64,000 nucleotides of DNA from Octopus sinensis (Eukaryota). The stretch lies in NCBI RefSeq assembly GCF_006345805.1, contig NC_042998.1, positions 188,046,001 through 188,110,000 on the forward strand, in the 5' to 3' direction. This document shows positions 1-12,246 of this stretch, in pieces (position 1 is the first letter of the stretch; each line of letters opens with the position of its first letter). The translations under genes were made by a program, and so were the position numbers. The notes beneath the pieces are model-generated. The model had not been told where the DNA came from and ran no database searches. It saw only the letters and a list, made by a program, of their open reading frames with translations.

Positions 1-500
1 CTTTGGGGCCTACTTCTTGACGACATCAATGCGCGCATGCCCCCCTCACTGATATGAGGCCCCACTTACTAGATCAGCTGGTTATCAAATAAAGCTCTAT
101 TGTCTGCTTTGGCATAGTTTCTATGGCTGAATGCGCTTTCTAATCTCAATCACTTTACAGTGTTTACTTGGTGCTTTTTTTCATGCCAGCAGCACTATTG
201 AGGTCACTATCTAGTTTGCAAGTTTTACTAACCTGAGGTGTGGTTGCTGTGTCCTTATGTTAACAAGAGGCTAAGATATGAAGGAAGAGGTTGTGGTAGA
301 CCAGTTTTTGTTGTAGAGGAGCTACATAGCTATTCACATTTAGGGGAGAGAGAGAGAGAGAGAGAATTGATGGTATCTTCCAGGAGATAGTTAGTAGTGA
401 TGAGACGTCCAGGTGACACCTCAAGTAGTAGTAGTGGATGAGGATTTGCAAGAGTGTATGAGTGAAGTGGGAGAGAGGGAAGGTAGGTAGGTAACATCTG

Positions 501-990
501 TCATCATCAGCATCATCATCATTGTTTAACATCCGCTTTCCATGCTAGCATGGGTTGAATGATTTTGACTGAAGACTGGCGAACTAGATGGCTGCACCAG
601 GCTCCAAGTGTAGTGGGTGCTTTTACGTGCCACTAGGAACGACTACACCCAAATGGTGTTTTTTTTTTTTACGTGCCACCTGCACACCGGCACAAGTGCC
701 AGTAAGGTGATGCTGGTAACGATCATGCTTGAATGGTGCTTTTTATGTATCATGGGCACGGACACCAGTTAGCTGCTCTGGCAACGATTATGCTTGGATG
801 GTGCTCTTAGTGCTCCACTAGCACGGATGCCAGTCATCGAATTTGATTTCGATTTCACTTGCCTCAACAGGTCTTCGCAAGCAGTGTCCAATGAAGGGAA
901 GGTATGCATAAGTGGGCTGGTTACATCCCTGGCATAGGCCACAAGGTTATGGTCTCATGTGGCTTGCCGGGTCTTCTCAAGCACAGCATA
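501..990 (-). mobile_element. SINE-like repeat family C ((ATG)n tail, internal tandem subunits), degraded
   Basis: (cat)n-gtttaacatccgctttccatgctagcatgggttg matches copies at 2658, 12084, 14925 and 26845. Contains repeated ggtgctttt(t)acgtgccac units. Confidence 0.7.
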
Positions 991-1342
991 TTTATCTGTA
1001 AAGATTGGAAATTGTTGAAATGAGGAGTGCACAAATGAGAGGAAGCTAGAAGGTGCTAGTAGCAGGGTAGTAATAACGAGAAAAGAGAACAATGTGTTTG
1101 GCTAGATTGCAGAAGCAGAATAGAGAGATAGACAAATGTAATGCACGAGAAGAGATAATTTGGTGGTCCAAGGAGAGGATGGCCACTGTAACATGTGGGT
1201 GTGGGGAATAATATCAGTAACTGAAGAAGGGCTGACAAGTGGGATGGATCTGGCTAGCAGGAGAGAAAAGTGATATCAGAAGTGTGGAAGAGCTGCAATG
1301 AGGGAGGTGGGGATCAATGTGAGGAGTTGATTGACTGGGGTA

Positions 1343-1378
<36 letters not shown>

Positions 1379-1574
1379 TAAATGCTCTAATATCTACACA
1401 GCCTTGGTTTTTTCATCTTATTACGCAAAAAATTCTTATATACACACACTGACATAGAACCAACGTTGAACCCCTTATTCGCAAAATTACCGAATCTGGA
1501 ACTTAACTATGGTCTATCTATAGCACTTATTCAGCATTACCTGACACCTTTGGGTCTCAATGACACCATTATCT

Positions 1575-1616
<42 letters not shown>

Positions 1617-2165
1617 TAAATGAAATGAGAAAAAAGGAAAGTTTGCGCTTCATTTCTCTCTCTTATTCTCTCTCTCTACACACACATGCATAATATATAC
1701 CCACTCAGTGCTTTGTGAAGTCAGTTTTGCTGTGATGGGTGGGTTTCCATGGAAACCTCATTTCACCAGATAGCCTGGTCCTCTGTCATTTTCCCCGCGA
1801 GTTCTAAGGTCAGCTTTCAATCACTTCAAGCCATGTCTTCCTGGGTCTTCCTCATCCACATTTAAATTTTATTAATATTGATAATTCATGTTTAATATAG
1901 AGGGCATTTAAATTTTATGCATTTTTATCTGTGGGAATGGTGTTTGTCATTGGATGAGGTTGTATTGATATTTGACATTTGGTGCTGAAATTCAGTAAAC
2001 CACATTATTTTCATTATAATTGGCATCATTTAATATCTGCTTTTCAGTGCAATCAGACATTAACTGGTATGTAGTACTAATTTTCACATGTCACTGCATA
2101 TGGTTCTAATCCTTAACATATCATGTCCGTCTAAAAGTTAACTTATAAAATGTCTATTTTTCTAG

Positions 2166-2389
2166 TGGCCCATATTGGTGTCGGAATCAGTGGACAGGAG
2201 GGAATGCAGGCTGTTCTTGCAAGCGACTATGCCTTATCACAGTTTCGATATTTAGAACGCCTACTTCTTGTTCATGGCAGATGGTCTTACTTACGCATGT
2301 GCAAATTCTTGAAATATTTTTTCTATAAGAATTTTGCCTTCACATTGTGCCACTTCTGGTATGCATTTTTTTGTGGATTTTCAGCTCAG
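2166..2389 (+). CDS. ATP8B: P4-ATPase (ATP8B-family phospholipid flippase), internal exon: end of P domain to TM5
   Basis: Encodes [74 protein letters not shown], the hallmark ATP8B sequence. Acceptor ttttctAG (2164-2165), donor GTAAGT at 2390. Starts in phase 1, ends in phase 0. Confidence 0.96.
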
Positions 2390-2657
2390 GTAAGTTGTTT
2401 TGAATATATATTATAAAATATTGTTTTATAATCATCTAACATTTTGTGATATTTATAATCTTTGACATTACTTCCACAGTTTTGCTATAGGAGCCCTATT
2501 TTCCTCTTCAGTTTTCTGTCACATGCTCCCTCCTAGCACTGACCTGTATCCTCTCTTGGCAATATTCAGAGTTTGCAAGTTATTCGCTTATATCTGTATT
2601 GCATATTTCATGTAGTTATGTGTTAGGTTCATGGTTCTCTTTGCTTTTTCACTCATT

Positions 2658-2850
2658 CATCATCATCATTTAACATCCATGTTTTGTACTGCCATGGGTT
2701 GGATGGTTTGACAGGGTCTGATGGGCCCAAAGACTGCATTATGTGCTAGTGTTTGTTTAGCATGGTTCTGCTGTTGGATGCCTTTGCTAACATCAACCAC
2801 TTTACAGCATGTATCTGGTGCTTTTGAGCCACCAGTATTAGCAACATTGT
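2658..2850 (-). mobile_element. SINE-like repeat family C, degraded
   Basis: (cat)n-ttaacatccatgttttgtactgccatgggttggatggtttgacag...ttggatgcctttgctaacatcaaccact, homologous to the 26845 copy. Confidence 0.6.
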
Positions 2851-3176
2851 CATGCAGCTTGCAAGACTACAAATCTCAAATGTAGATAGGGGACTTCATG
2901 CTAGGAAAATAAGGAGTAGAGAGGGGTTAGGTATGAGAAAAAGGACCAGAGCAGAATGGCTGTCCTGCTGTGGAGGGGTAACATGACCACTCACATTTTA
3001 GAAAAGAGAGTGTGGAGCAGCAAAATTCTTTTTGTGTAGCGTTTCGAAGTTGCAAGGAAGAAGATAGGATATCTTTGTGGGCTATGTATACTTATCACCA
3101 TTTACTACTAAATGATGGGAAAATAATGGTATTTGGGCCACATTATTTTCATTATTATCAGCATCATTTAATATCT

Positions 3177-3255
3177 GTTGATTTGATGAAATGCAACAAA
3201 AAGTCTGTTACTCCTGCAAATGGAGATGGTGCTAATGACGTCTGCCTGATTAAAA
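3177..3255 (+). pseudogene. Diverged, misplaced copy of the ATP8B exon carrying the GDGANDV hinge motif
   Basis: VDLMKCNKKSVTPANGDGANDVCLIK versus family consensus V.LVK..KKAVTLAIGDGANDVSMIK. Followed by A|GTAAGT donor at 3256 in phase 1, matching the acceptor at 2166. Lies downstream of the exon it should precede. Confidence 0.85.
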
Positions 3256-4873
3256 GTAAGTTAGTGCAATTGTAGTTTAACTGCTACACAGTACAAATTT
3301 TTATATGTCACTGCATACAGTCCTAATCCTTAACATATCATGTCCATCTAAAAGCTGACATAAACAAATAATTATGTTTTAGTGAATCATTTGAGTCATT
3401 TGTTGATTTCATTTCATGTGCAATTCCTTTGCATATTAAATACAAAGACTTGGATCTTTGTTTATTTACCAGAGATCCCATTGCAAATTTAATGTAACCA
3501 TTGTTTCTTCTATATACATAGAATATTGAGCTTCCCTCTACTTTTATTAATAGTGAGCAAGATCTCTTCATAGGTTTCCTGTCATCATTAGTATCTCTGC
3601 CTTGTGACCTTTAGGTCTTTGACAAGTTGACTTTCTTTACTGAATTTGCTGTTAATTTTAACATTATTTATATTTGATTTAGTGACTGTCACAAATTCCC
3701 ATTAACTTTCTTAGTGCCACCTGACTACAAAATATTTGATTTGTCCAAGACTTTCTTTTAGGCCAAAAGACAATGTACAGTTGTCTATTATTAATAAAAA
3801 TTTGAAGTTTTTGTACTGGAAAAATTATATTTGTGGTTTTCTTGTCTCAGAGCAGGCTGTAAATGTTCAAGTCTTCATTTGGTGAAGAATGTACCATTAA
3901 ACATAGACAAATGATTGGTTACCTCTAGATAAAAGTTAGACTGTCAAAGACTGCAGACAAACTGGGAAAGAAAAATCTGTGGAAACTGAAATATCCAAAT
4001 ATCCTTCTACTCTACATAACTACTAAGAATACTGACACCTATAACATGAGGGAGAAGGGGGTGGGGTTAGGCTGAATTTTTTTATCAGGCTAAGTAGATG
4101 TAAAAGCTAAGGGGCAGATTGGGAAGAAATGGAAGAAGCAGTGGAGGCAAGAAACAAGATCACATTCTTAGAAGAGAAACAAGATATCAGATACCTTTTG
4201 CAAGGAGAGAATCTGAAAGATGTTTGCTAATGTTGTGAGCCAACATTGTGTTTCTTAATATGATCATTGAATTCACTGGTTTTGATGTCTTTTGAAATAG
4301 CTTGCATGATGATCAGTGACTTGGTTCTCTTTTTGCTTGTTCTTTACTTTTAAGTGTGGGTCATAAACAGAGCTCATGGATTCTGTCACCTGGCATAATT
4401 CAAATTAAGTTCTACAATTTTCAGAAGGAAGTTTGTGTGTTTTTAGTTTTTTAGGAGAGTAAATATTGTTTTAGTTTCTTTGTCTTCTCTTACGGATGAA
4501 TACTCACTTTCCTTTGGTTTTAACAACTGTGACCTCATTTTTTTACCACTTCTAACACAGTTGTTGGAATGTCCATACATTCTTTAGAGGATTATTAGAG
4601 TGTATGAGATGTTAAAATTCCAAGAAAAGTGTGTGAAAGTGTGACTCTGGTTTTGTACCAAAATTAGAGCAGAGATAATTGTGATCTCTAAGTGACCTGA
4701 TCTTTCTTTCTTGGTCTTTTAACATTTTGTAATAGGGGATTTCTTTACTGTACTATATAGATATAGGACATTTTGTACATTTCTATATTCATATTTTTTT
4801 TTATATAATTATAACTCTGAAATCTTTTATTGTGTATTTTATTTGTGGTATTCTTCTTTTTTTACCTATATTC

Positions 4874-4919
<46 letters not shown>

Positions 4920-4969
4920 CTGTCTGTCATGAGAATTATTATCATTATTTTCATTATTATAATAATTGG

Positions 4970-5310
4970 TCTGAGTTCAAATTCCATCAAGATCCACTTT
5001 GTCTTTCATCCTTTTGGGGGTCAATGAAATAAGTATCAGTTGATCAGCGGGGGTCAATGTAATTGACCTGCTCACTCCCCCGAAATTGCTGGACTTGTGC
5101 CAAAATTTGTAACCATTAATATTATTATTATTGGTAGTAGTGGCTAACTGGTAGAATTGTTAGAGCATTGGTATTAATGACTTGCAGTATTTCTTTCGGC
5201 TCTATATGAGTTCAAATGCTGCTGAGGATAGTCTTGCCTTTTTTTCCCTTTAGGCTTAATGAAATAAAGTACCAGTTAAGTACTGACACTTTTCCCTAAA
5301 AAAATTGCTG
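4970..5310 (+). mobile_element. Two degraded copies of SINE family B (Nin/Deu-domain-like)
   Basis: gagttcaaattcc...ctttgtctttcatccttttgggggtcaatgaaataagtatcag, followed by a second gagttcaaatgctgctgagg...aaataaagtaccag. Homologous to 6569-6800. Confidence 0.55.
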
Positions 5311-5483
5311 ACCTTATTCCTAAATTATAATTTACAGTAGTTGTAGTACTACTAGTACAAATATTTGCTGATCATTGGTGATCAAAAGTAGAAATTGGAA
5401 AACAAGTAACAAAAATATGAATTGCATTTATATAAATAGTATTTAGATAATAAACTTGCATATAACTGAAACTCCATATTCTA

Positions 5484-5489
5484 AAATGC

Positions 5490-5539
<50 letters not shown>

Positions 5540-5577
5540 TATCATCATTGTTATTATTATTATTGTTGTTATTATTG

Positions 5578-5612
<35 letters not shown>
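5484..5612 (+). repeat. (TTA/TCA/TTG)n trinucleotide microsatellite abutting a splice acceptor
   Basis: Read directly from sequence. Ends 4 nt before exon 5617. Confidence 0.95.
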
Positions 5613-5616
5613 TCAG

Positions 5617-5700
5617 ACACTCTATGATCCATATTTTATTTCGCTCTACAATGTCTTTTATACTTCCCTACCAGTACTTGCAATGGCTATGTTTGATCAG
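5617..5700 (+). CDS. ATP8B: ATP8B-family flippase, internal exon (84 nt, TM6 region)
   Basis: TLYDPYFISLYNVFYTSLPVLAMAMFDQ continues the previous exon in frame. Acceptor tttcAG (5615-5616), donor GT at 5701. Confidence 0.95.
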
Positions 5701-6568
5701 GTAAAAACCCATTAAAAAAATTTATTTTATTATTAAGGTCTAACTAAATACTTTATATTTCATTTGCTACTTATATAACATTTTTAAATTTCAATTTCCA
5801 TTCTGCTTAACATTGCCTTTTTCATATTTACAGGGGTTTGAGTAATAAAATAAGGGGTTAAATTAAAAGTCAGCAAATTAAGTAATAGTAATTAAAATAA
5901 ATGATTTATTGTTGCTGTTTTTGTATAATTATAAATAAAATACTTAGAACACAGGACTAAATATCTTGTGCTGTTTATTCACACTGCTTGTGTTCTGAGT
6001 TAACATCCTGCCAGAGTGAACTTTAACCTTTATCGTTTATGTTTTCAGAATTGATAAAGTACCTGTCCAGGATGGTGAACTCAATTCTTGTGGAACAGTG
6101 TGTCTTGTCATACTTGTTTTGGCTCTTTGTATTCTGAGTTCAAATCCTGCTGTGACCCACTTAGGTGGTAGACTTAATCCATCCACTTGTTTAGCACTCA
6201 GTCACATTTGTCTTTATGCCTTGAGCAGAGTCTTCTCTGTTGCAAGCATTTGAGCCAGGTCTCTAGTTTGAAGATATCTTTTTCCCCTCTGGTAGGAACC
6301 AGTCTTCTGTGTACAGTTATGGACTTTGTCCTTTCTCTTGACTAAGTAATAAAAAAAAATGTATCATTTAAATCTGCCTAGAATAAGATTCCTGTCAATT
6401 GTGACTTACTCTGTTGTACTATACTGTAGTATATCATATTTATTTGCAACTAATCTACTTCCTGTGGTCATGCTAAGTCTGAACTCAGTGTGAAAGGCAT
6501 TGTATTGCCACACAGTATCTTTATAAACAGAATTGTTGCTGAAACTGGGATAAACTCTTGAAGGAATT

Positions 6569-6800
6569 GGTGGCGAGCTGGCAGAATCATTAGCATACTG
6601 GGCGAAATGCTTAGCGGTGTTTCGTCTGCCACTTCGTTCTGAGTTCAAATTCCGCTGAGGTTGACTTTGCCTTTCATCCTTTCGGGGTCGATTAAATAAG
6701 TACCAGTTATGCACTGGGGTCGATATAATCAACTTAATCCGTTTGTCTGTCCTTGTTTGTCCTCTCTGTGTTTAGCCCCTTGTGGGTAGTAAAGAAATAG
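6569..6800 (+). mobile_element. tRNA-derived SINE family B, near full length
   Basis: Head GGTGGCGAGCTGGCAGAA...GAGTTCAAATTCCGC (A/B-box-like). Central GCCTTTCATCCTTTCGGGGTCGATTAAATAAGTACCAG resembles the Nin/Deu SINE domain. Near-identical copies at 49731, 50434 and 62321. Confidence 0.85.
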
Positions 6801-7158
6801 GAATTGGACTATTGGTAGAATTTGCTGATATGTTTTGGTCATAGCAGAGTCTTTTTTGGTACTCCTGTTAAATAAATCATCCTTGATGATTTATTTAACA
6901 GTATCATTAATTTCAAGTAAAATAATTGTAACTTTTGATATAAACTGATAATTGAAACAGTTGGTTAATCGAACAATTAAATGCCTAGTCTAACTTAGTA
7001 TCAAGTCTGCTGCATTGTATGTTGCAGTATATCAAATTTAAGGATGCATTCGGTTTAGTACTATCTAATATAATTGCGTATAACTTATTTTTACTTTTGT
7101 TTTTCTTTCATCTTGCATATATCTGTATATAATATAAAAAATATTTTAAATATTGCAG

Positions 7159-7404
7159 GATGTCGATGAATACTATTCCATCAAATATCCTAAATTGTAC
7201 ACACCTGGTCATAAAAACCTCCTGTTTAATAAGAAGCTATTTTTATGGAGTGTGGCAGAAGGGATTGTGTCATCATTAATTCTGTTCTTCATCCCTTATG
7301 GAGCATTTGGTTCCAGTGTTAATTCTCAGGGGCATGATACAAGTGATCATCAGTCACTTGGTGTTGTTGTAGCAAGTACTTTGGTGGTGGCCGTTAATCT
7401 GAGG
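7159..7404 (+). CDS. ATP8B: ATP8B-family flippase, internal exon (246 nt, TM7-TM8 region)
   Basis: DVDEYYSIKYPKLYTPGHKNLLFNKKLFLWSVAEG...DHQSLGVVVASTLVVAVNLR. Acceptor ttgcAG (7157-7158), donor GTAGGT at 7405. Phase 0/0. Confidence 0.95.
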
Positions 7405-8023
7405 GTAGGTATTTTACTGAACATTTTCAAGTCTACAGTAAGATGTTGTGTGCTATTTTGTTTTTATTTTCTTTATTCTTAGATCTAATATTTGAAGTGT
7501 AAATTGTATTGTCTGCTTAGATAAGTTAGCAAACCATTTTTCTTATCTGAAATTGGATAAAAAAAAGGAAGATTGTGAATGGATAGACATATTTACAAAG
7601 TCAAAAAACAGCACAGCTCCCATGACTTCAGGAAACATTTTTTCACGCTGAGAGTTGCTGAAGCAAGGAACAAACTGCCGGCATCAGTTGTTAGTTGTCG
7701 GAGCACTGCATCCTTCAAAACTTCCATGCTTCCTGAGATTCACCAACACTACACCTGATTTTCTCCCCTCCATACTCACGCAAGCATGTATCTGACTCAT
7801 GCATTGTTCACTTTCCAGACATTTGTACATTACTGCATATACTCTGACAAGTTGTGGTGCACCTGAGCACTGTATACATTATTATTATAATGATTTCTTT
7901 AATAGTAATAGTAGTAGTAATATTATTATAATGATTTCTTTAATAGTAGTAGTAGTAATAATAATAATAATAATAATAACTGATGAGCACTGTTATTGAT
8001 AAAGAATATCTCTCTCATTTCAG

Positions 8024-8572
8024 TGTGCCATTGACACATCATATTGGACAGCTTTCAACCATATTTTTATCTGGGGTAGTATCATCTTTTTCTTCTGCTT
8101 CACCTTTGCTTTCTATTCTGACCTCTTCGAGTACACCTACCAAGGAGTAGCAGTGTCTGTTTTCTCAACAACTCAATATATATTCTGTTTGATTTTGACC
8201 TGTGGTATCCTTTTAGTCCCAATTCTGGCTTATCGATTTTATACATTGGACACTAACCCTACACTCTCTGATCGGGTTCGCCTGAAGCAGCGTATGACAA
8301 AAACGAAATCGCGATCCCAAAACTTCAATGTTGGACGCCAGTCTACAATCCGTCGCAGTCAACGATCAATGCGATCAGGATATGCATTTGCCCACCAAGA
8401 AGGTTTTGGCCAACTCATCACCAGTGGCTTAAATATGCGCAGCCGTGTTCAAAGTGAAGCAGGAATTTCAGATAAGTCCTCGATTAAATTAAAGGGAATC
8501 ACTCGACTATCAAGCACAACAGGAGAACCAATACATACCAATTCAGGCAGTTTCAATGCAATCAGGGCATAA
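8024..8572 (+). CDS. ATP8B: ATP8B-family flippase, terminal coding exon (TM9-10 and cytosolic C-tail) with TAA stop
   Basis: CAIDTSYWTAFNHIFIWGS...RSGYAFAHQEGFG, where GYAFAHQEGFG is the conserved P4-ATPase C-terminal regulatory motif. Acceptor catttcAG (8022-8023). Open to TAA at 8570-8572. Confidence 0.94.
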   Translation, partial: CAIDTSYWTAFNHIFIWGSIIFFFCFTFAFYSDLFEYTYQGVAVSVFSTTQYIFCLILTCGILLVPILAYRFYTLDTNPTLSDRVRLKQRMTKTKSRSQNFNVGRQSTIRRSQRSMRSGYAFAHQEGFGQLITSGLNMRSRVQSEAGISDKSSIKLKGITRLSSTTGEPIHTNSGSFNAIRA

Positions 8573-11500
8573 AAACACTATTCACTGGGATGATCTGATG
8601 TAATTCCGTATTATGTAGATGGAGAAACTGTACACCTGTTTGATCCTTCTGCATGTATGTATGTATAAGAATTGTGTGTGTGTTTTTATGTGTGTATGTA
8701 TGTATGTGTGTGTGTACACATACTCAATCATATATCAATAGACAGTATGTTTTATGAGTGTAAAATCATGATTTCACACTCATAAAACATATATATATAT
8801 ATATATATATATGCTTATGTATGTGTGTGTATGTATGTATGTAAAGATAGATACAAATATGTGTGTTTTTATGGATATCTATGTATATGCTTATATACAT
8901 AAATATTTGTATATGTATGCATGATGTGTATGCATGCATTCATAGATACAAACATGTCTATATAAGCTTATATGTGTACACACACACACTTACAGAAAAA
9001 TGTACACACAAAATTCACCTCACATTAAAATATACATGCATCAGTGCTAACATTTCTCCATTTTCAAACAGAACAAAGAATCTTTGGCATGGTATCACAT
9101 AATCATTTTTGAAATATATTATGGGTTGATGTGAATGAAAATAGCCCTTTATGGAAACAGAAGTCAATGAACAAAGGTGCTACTTAAAAATTTGCATCAG
9201 CTTACAAATTTACTGCACAACATACAAAAATACCATCACCCACATTTCTTTCTCTTTTTTTCTTTTTTTAAACCAATTTCATCTTCCATTTTCATAAATA
9301 TGAAGATAAATCATTGACTGGATTTCTAATTCTATTTATCAACTCCTGCTCCGTGCAGAAGCAAGAACGTATTCTTTTGTAAGTTTGATGCAATTTAGGG
9401 AAATCTTTATAATGGTTCATTTTCAATTGTAAGCAGTTTGAATGCATTTTTTCTTGCAGTTTTCTGCTTGTATCGATCAGCTAGATGCTATAGTATGCAT
9501 TAATATTTGTATCATTGCACATTTACAGCTAAAAATCATTTTTTTATCATCACAATATTGCCATCATTTGTTAATATTTTCCTAAAACTTTTTTTCTTGG
9601 TGATGTTTTGTTTTAGAGAAAATTTGTATATAATAATAATTGATTATACGAGAATTTTTGGATGCTGACTATTTTAAAATAAAACATTCAAGTTATTCTA
9701 AAATGCACAACTTAAACAAGAAGGGCTACTAAGGGCACTTTATCCCAGCTCCTTTATTTTTCTTTTAGTATTTCAGTACAAATTGTTTAGTAAGCAATGA
9801 TAAACATGTGACCTGGACCCATTACTATGTTCATGAGTCCTTTTTGGGCATTTCTTTAGGCATATCTTTCATAACTTTAGTTCACATAAGTCTGTTTACT
9901 TCCAAAATTTAACTACATCAGTGGAATCGATAATCCAAGCCAAGTCAAATCTTTCTGTAAATCTCATGAGCTGCTGAGTAGTGAGTTAGTCCTGAAAAGA
10001 GAAAGATAGAATGGCTTAAGACTAAGGATCTCAGCCCTTCTCTCTGCAAAATATGTTGGAAACATTTCTGACAACAGAGAAATGTTCTGCTCTAAATTAA
10101 TTCTTTGAAGCTATTTGTCTCCAGTCTAGTACCTTGTTACATCATTGTTAGAATAAATACATTTTGATAGTATTGACTTTCAGTAAACCAGATGGATTTA
10201 GGAATGGTAGTTCCATCAGTTAACATTTTTTCTAGTTCAACCCAAGCAGCTGATGAACTCAGGAACTCCTTCTATTTCTAACTCTTTGTGTTGCATCTGG
10301 GATTTTGTATCCCACATTTCTAAGTTTATCAAGCTCATCCTCATGTAATACTCATGGAGAGTCACATCTTGCCCACTTGAGAATGCAGTGTTATTGAGAT
10401 GACAAAACCTGTATGTAAAAATTTCAGTGCCTGATTGAGCAAGTGCAAAGTGCACCAAATACATTAACAGTGTCCACAATCCATTTAATACATCTATCAG
10501 TTAGGATAACATTTTTGGGGTGCTTCATTTGTAAGCTCTCAGCTGTATACATGCCCGGTGGAGTTTGTTTTGAGTTCACTTATATTGAAAATTGCTTCAG
10601 GTATTTTAGTTTGCTTCCATGCCTAACTTGTGAGAAATAGACAAAAGTGGATGTTTTGGTGTGAAGTCTCAATAGTTTTTGATTGGAGCAGCTAAGAGCA
10701 GTTTTGAAAGAACACTAGTTTTAAAACATTATATAAGGACTCAATACTCACTTGAACTATTATAACTATTTAATTGATTAGTAGTAGGATTCAGGATTAA
10801 GAACATTTTGTGAAATTAAGAATGAAATTCAGCTTCAGAGAATGACTATAGCTTGCTAGTTATGTATAAACAACATAACTATTTTATAAAGATATCATGT
10901 CCTGCCATTTTGATTATTATATCCCATATAAAGATGTGTTTGCATTCAGTGTGTACACACATTCACACACTTCATTTAATGGTTTGAAAGACCATGGAAA
11001 TGATCTTATAATATATTCATTTCAGGATCTAGAGATTTTAACTGAGTAGTAAAATGTTAAAAGACAATCAGATTAATAAAAAGAAATTAATTTTATGGTT
11101 AAGAAGATATATTTTGTTACTTGCTTGGAAAATATTTTAAAATGTTCTTAACATAATTTGACCTTTAATGTAGGTATTTCTACATTAATAAAAATAATTC
11201 TTTCAATTCTCAAATTAAGTTTAATTTTTTCTCATGAAGGAGAAATTAAAAGAAAGAAAAAAAATTGTTACATTAAAAAATTATTTTGTGAGATAACTTG
11301 TAATGAAACTTTTGGTTTTGTATAAATAATCTCTCTTGAAAGATAAAAAATCAAGAATGTTTCCACTTTTAACTTTATATTTCCAATTAACAGCTAAATT
11401 GTAATTTTTTAAAAAACTTCCTTTATACTGCTTTAGTGGTTGAAGTCTGTTGAAATATAATGGGAAAGAAATATCAAGAAATTTATCCCCAAATCCATGG

Positions 11501-12039
11501 GTAGTACAAATAGTACTAACTGAACATTGTTCATTTTAGTACTTAAAGTTTGATGTCTCATTTTTTCTGAGTCTGAATCTCACCTGTGCTGGTACTGCCT
11601 TTCACATTTCTAGATTTGGTAAAGTATATTGTAGTATGCCACTTGATTTTACCAGTTCTCTTTACAAAAAGCACTTATTTCTATGCAAGAGAAATCATCA
11701 TTATCATTTTTTATTAAGTTTCATGGCAAACTGAATCTTTGGTTAAGGTTCAGTTTCTATTTGGAACTGTTTCATTTATATTCCTAAACATTTTGAAAAG
11801 ACATGAATAGTATGAAATCTGGTTTCTACTGTTTCTGTCATTCTGTTACATCATGTTTATATGCAAAAATATTACTATTATTGTTTTGTATAGGAACAAA
11901 ATTAGGTATACATGCTGGGTATACAATTTGTAGTATCGTGTTTTGTGCTTCATGTTTCTGTATTTAAATCACCACACTGGAAGTACTTTAACTTTCCCTC
12001 TCATATGTATATATGTATATATATGTATATGTATGTATG

Positions 12040-12083
<44 letters not shown>

Positions 12084-12086
<3 letters not shown>

Positions 12087-12246
12087 TCATCATCATCGTT
12101 TAATGTCCGTTTTCCATGCTAGCATGGGTTGGACGATTCGACTGAGATCTGGAAAGCCAGAATGCTGCACCAGGCTCCAGTCTTATCTGACAGTGTTTCT
12201 ACAGCTGGATGCCCTTCCTAACGCCAACCACTCCGTGAGTGTAGTG
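12084..12246 (-). mobile_element. SINE-like repeat family C (3' part) inserted in a TA/TG microsatellite
   Basis: (cat)n-cgtttaatgtccgttttccatgctagcatggg...ctggatgcccttcctaacgccaaccactcc, flanked on both sides by (TA/TG)n (11995-12445). Confidence 0.8.

Noticed and set aside
10237-10640. Two short ORFs in a slightly GC-richer stretch after the ATP8B stop
   Set aside because: No recognisable domain and no convincing splice-site pair.
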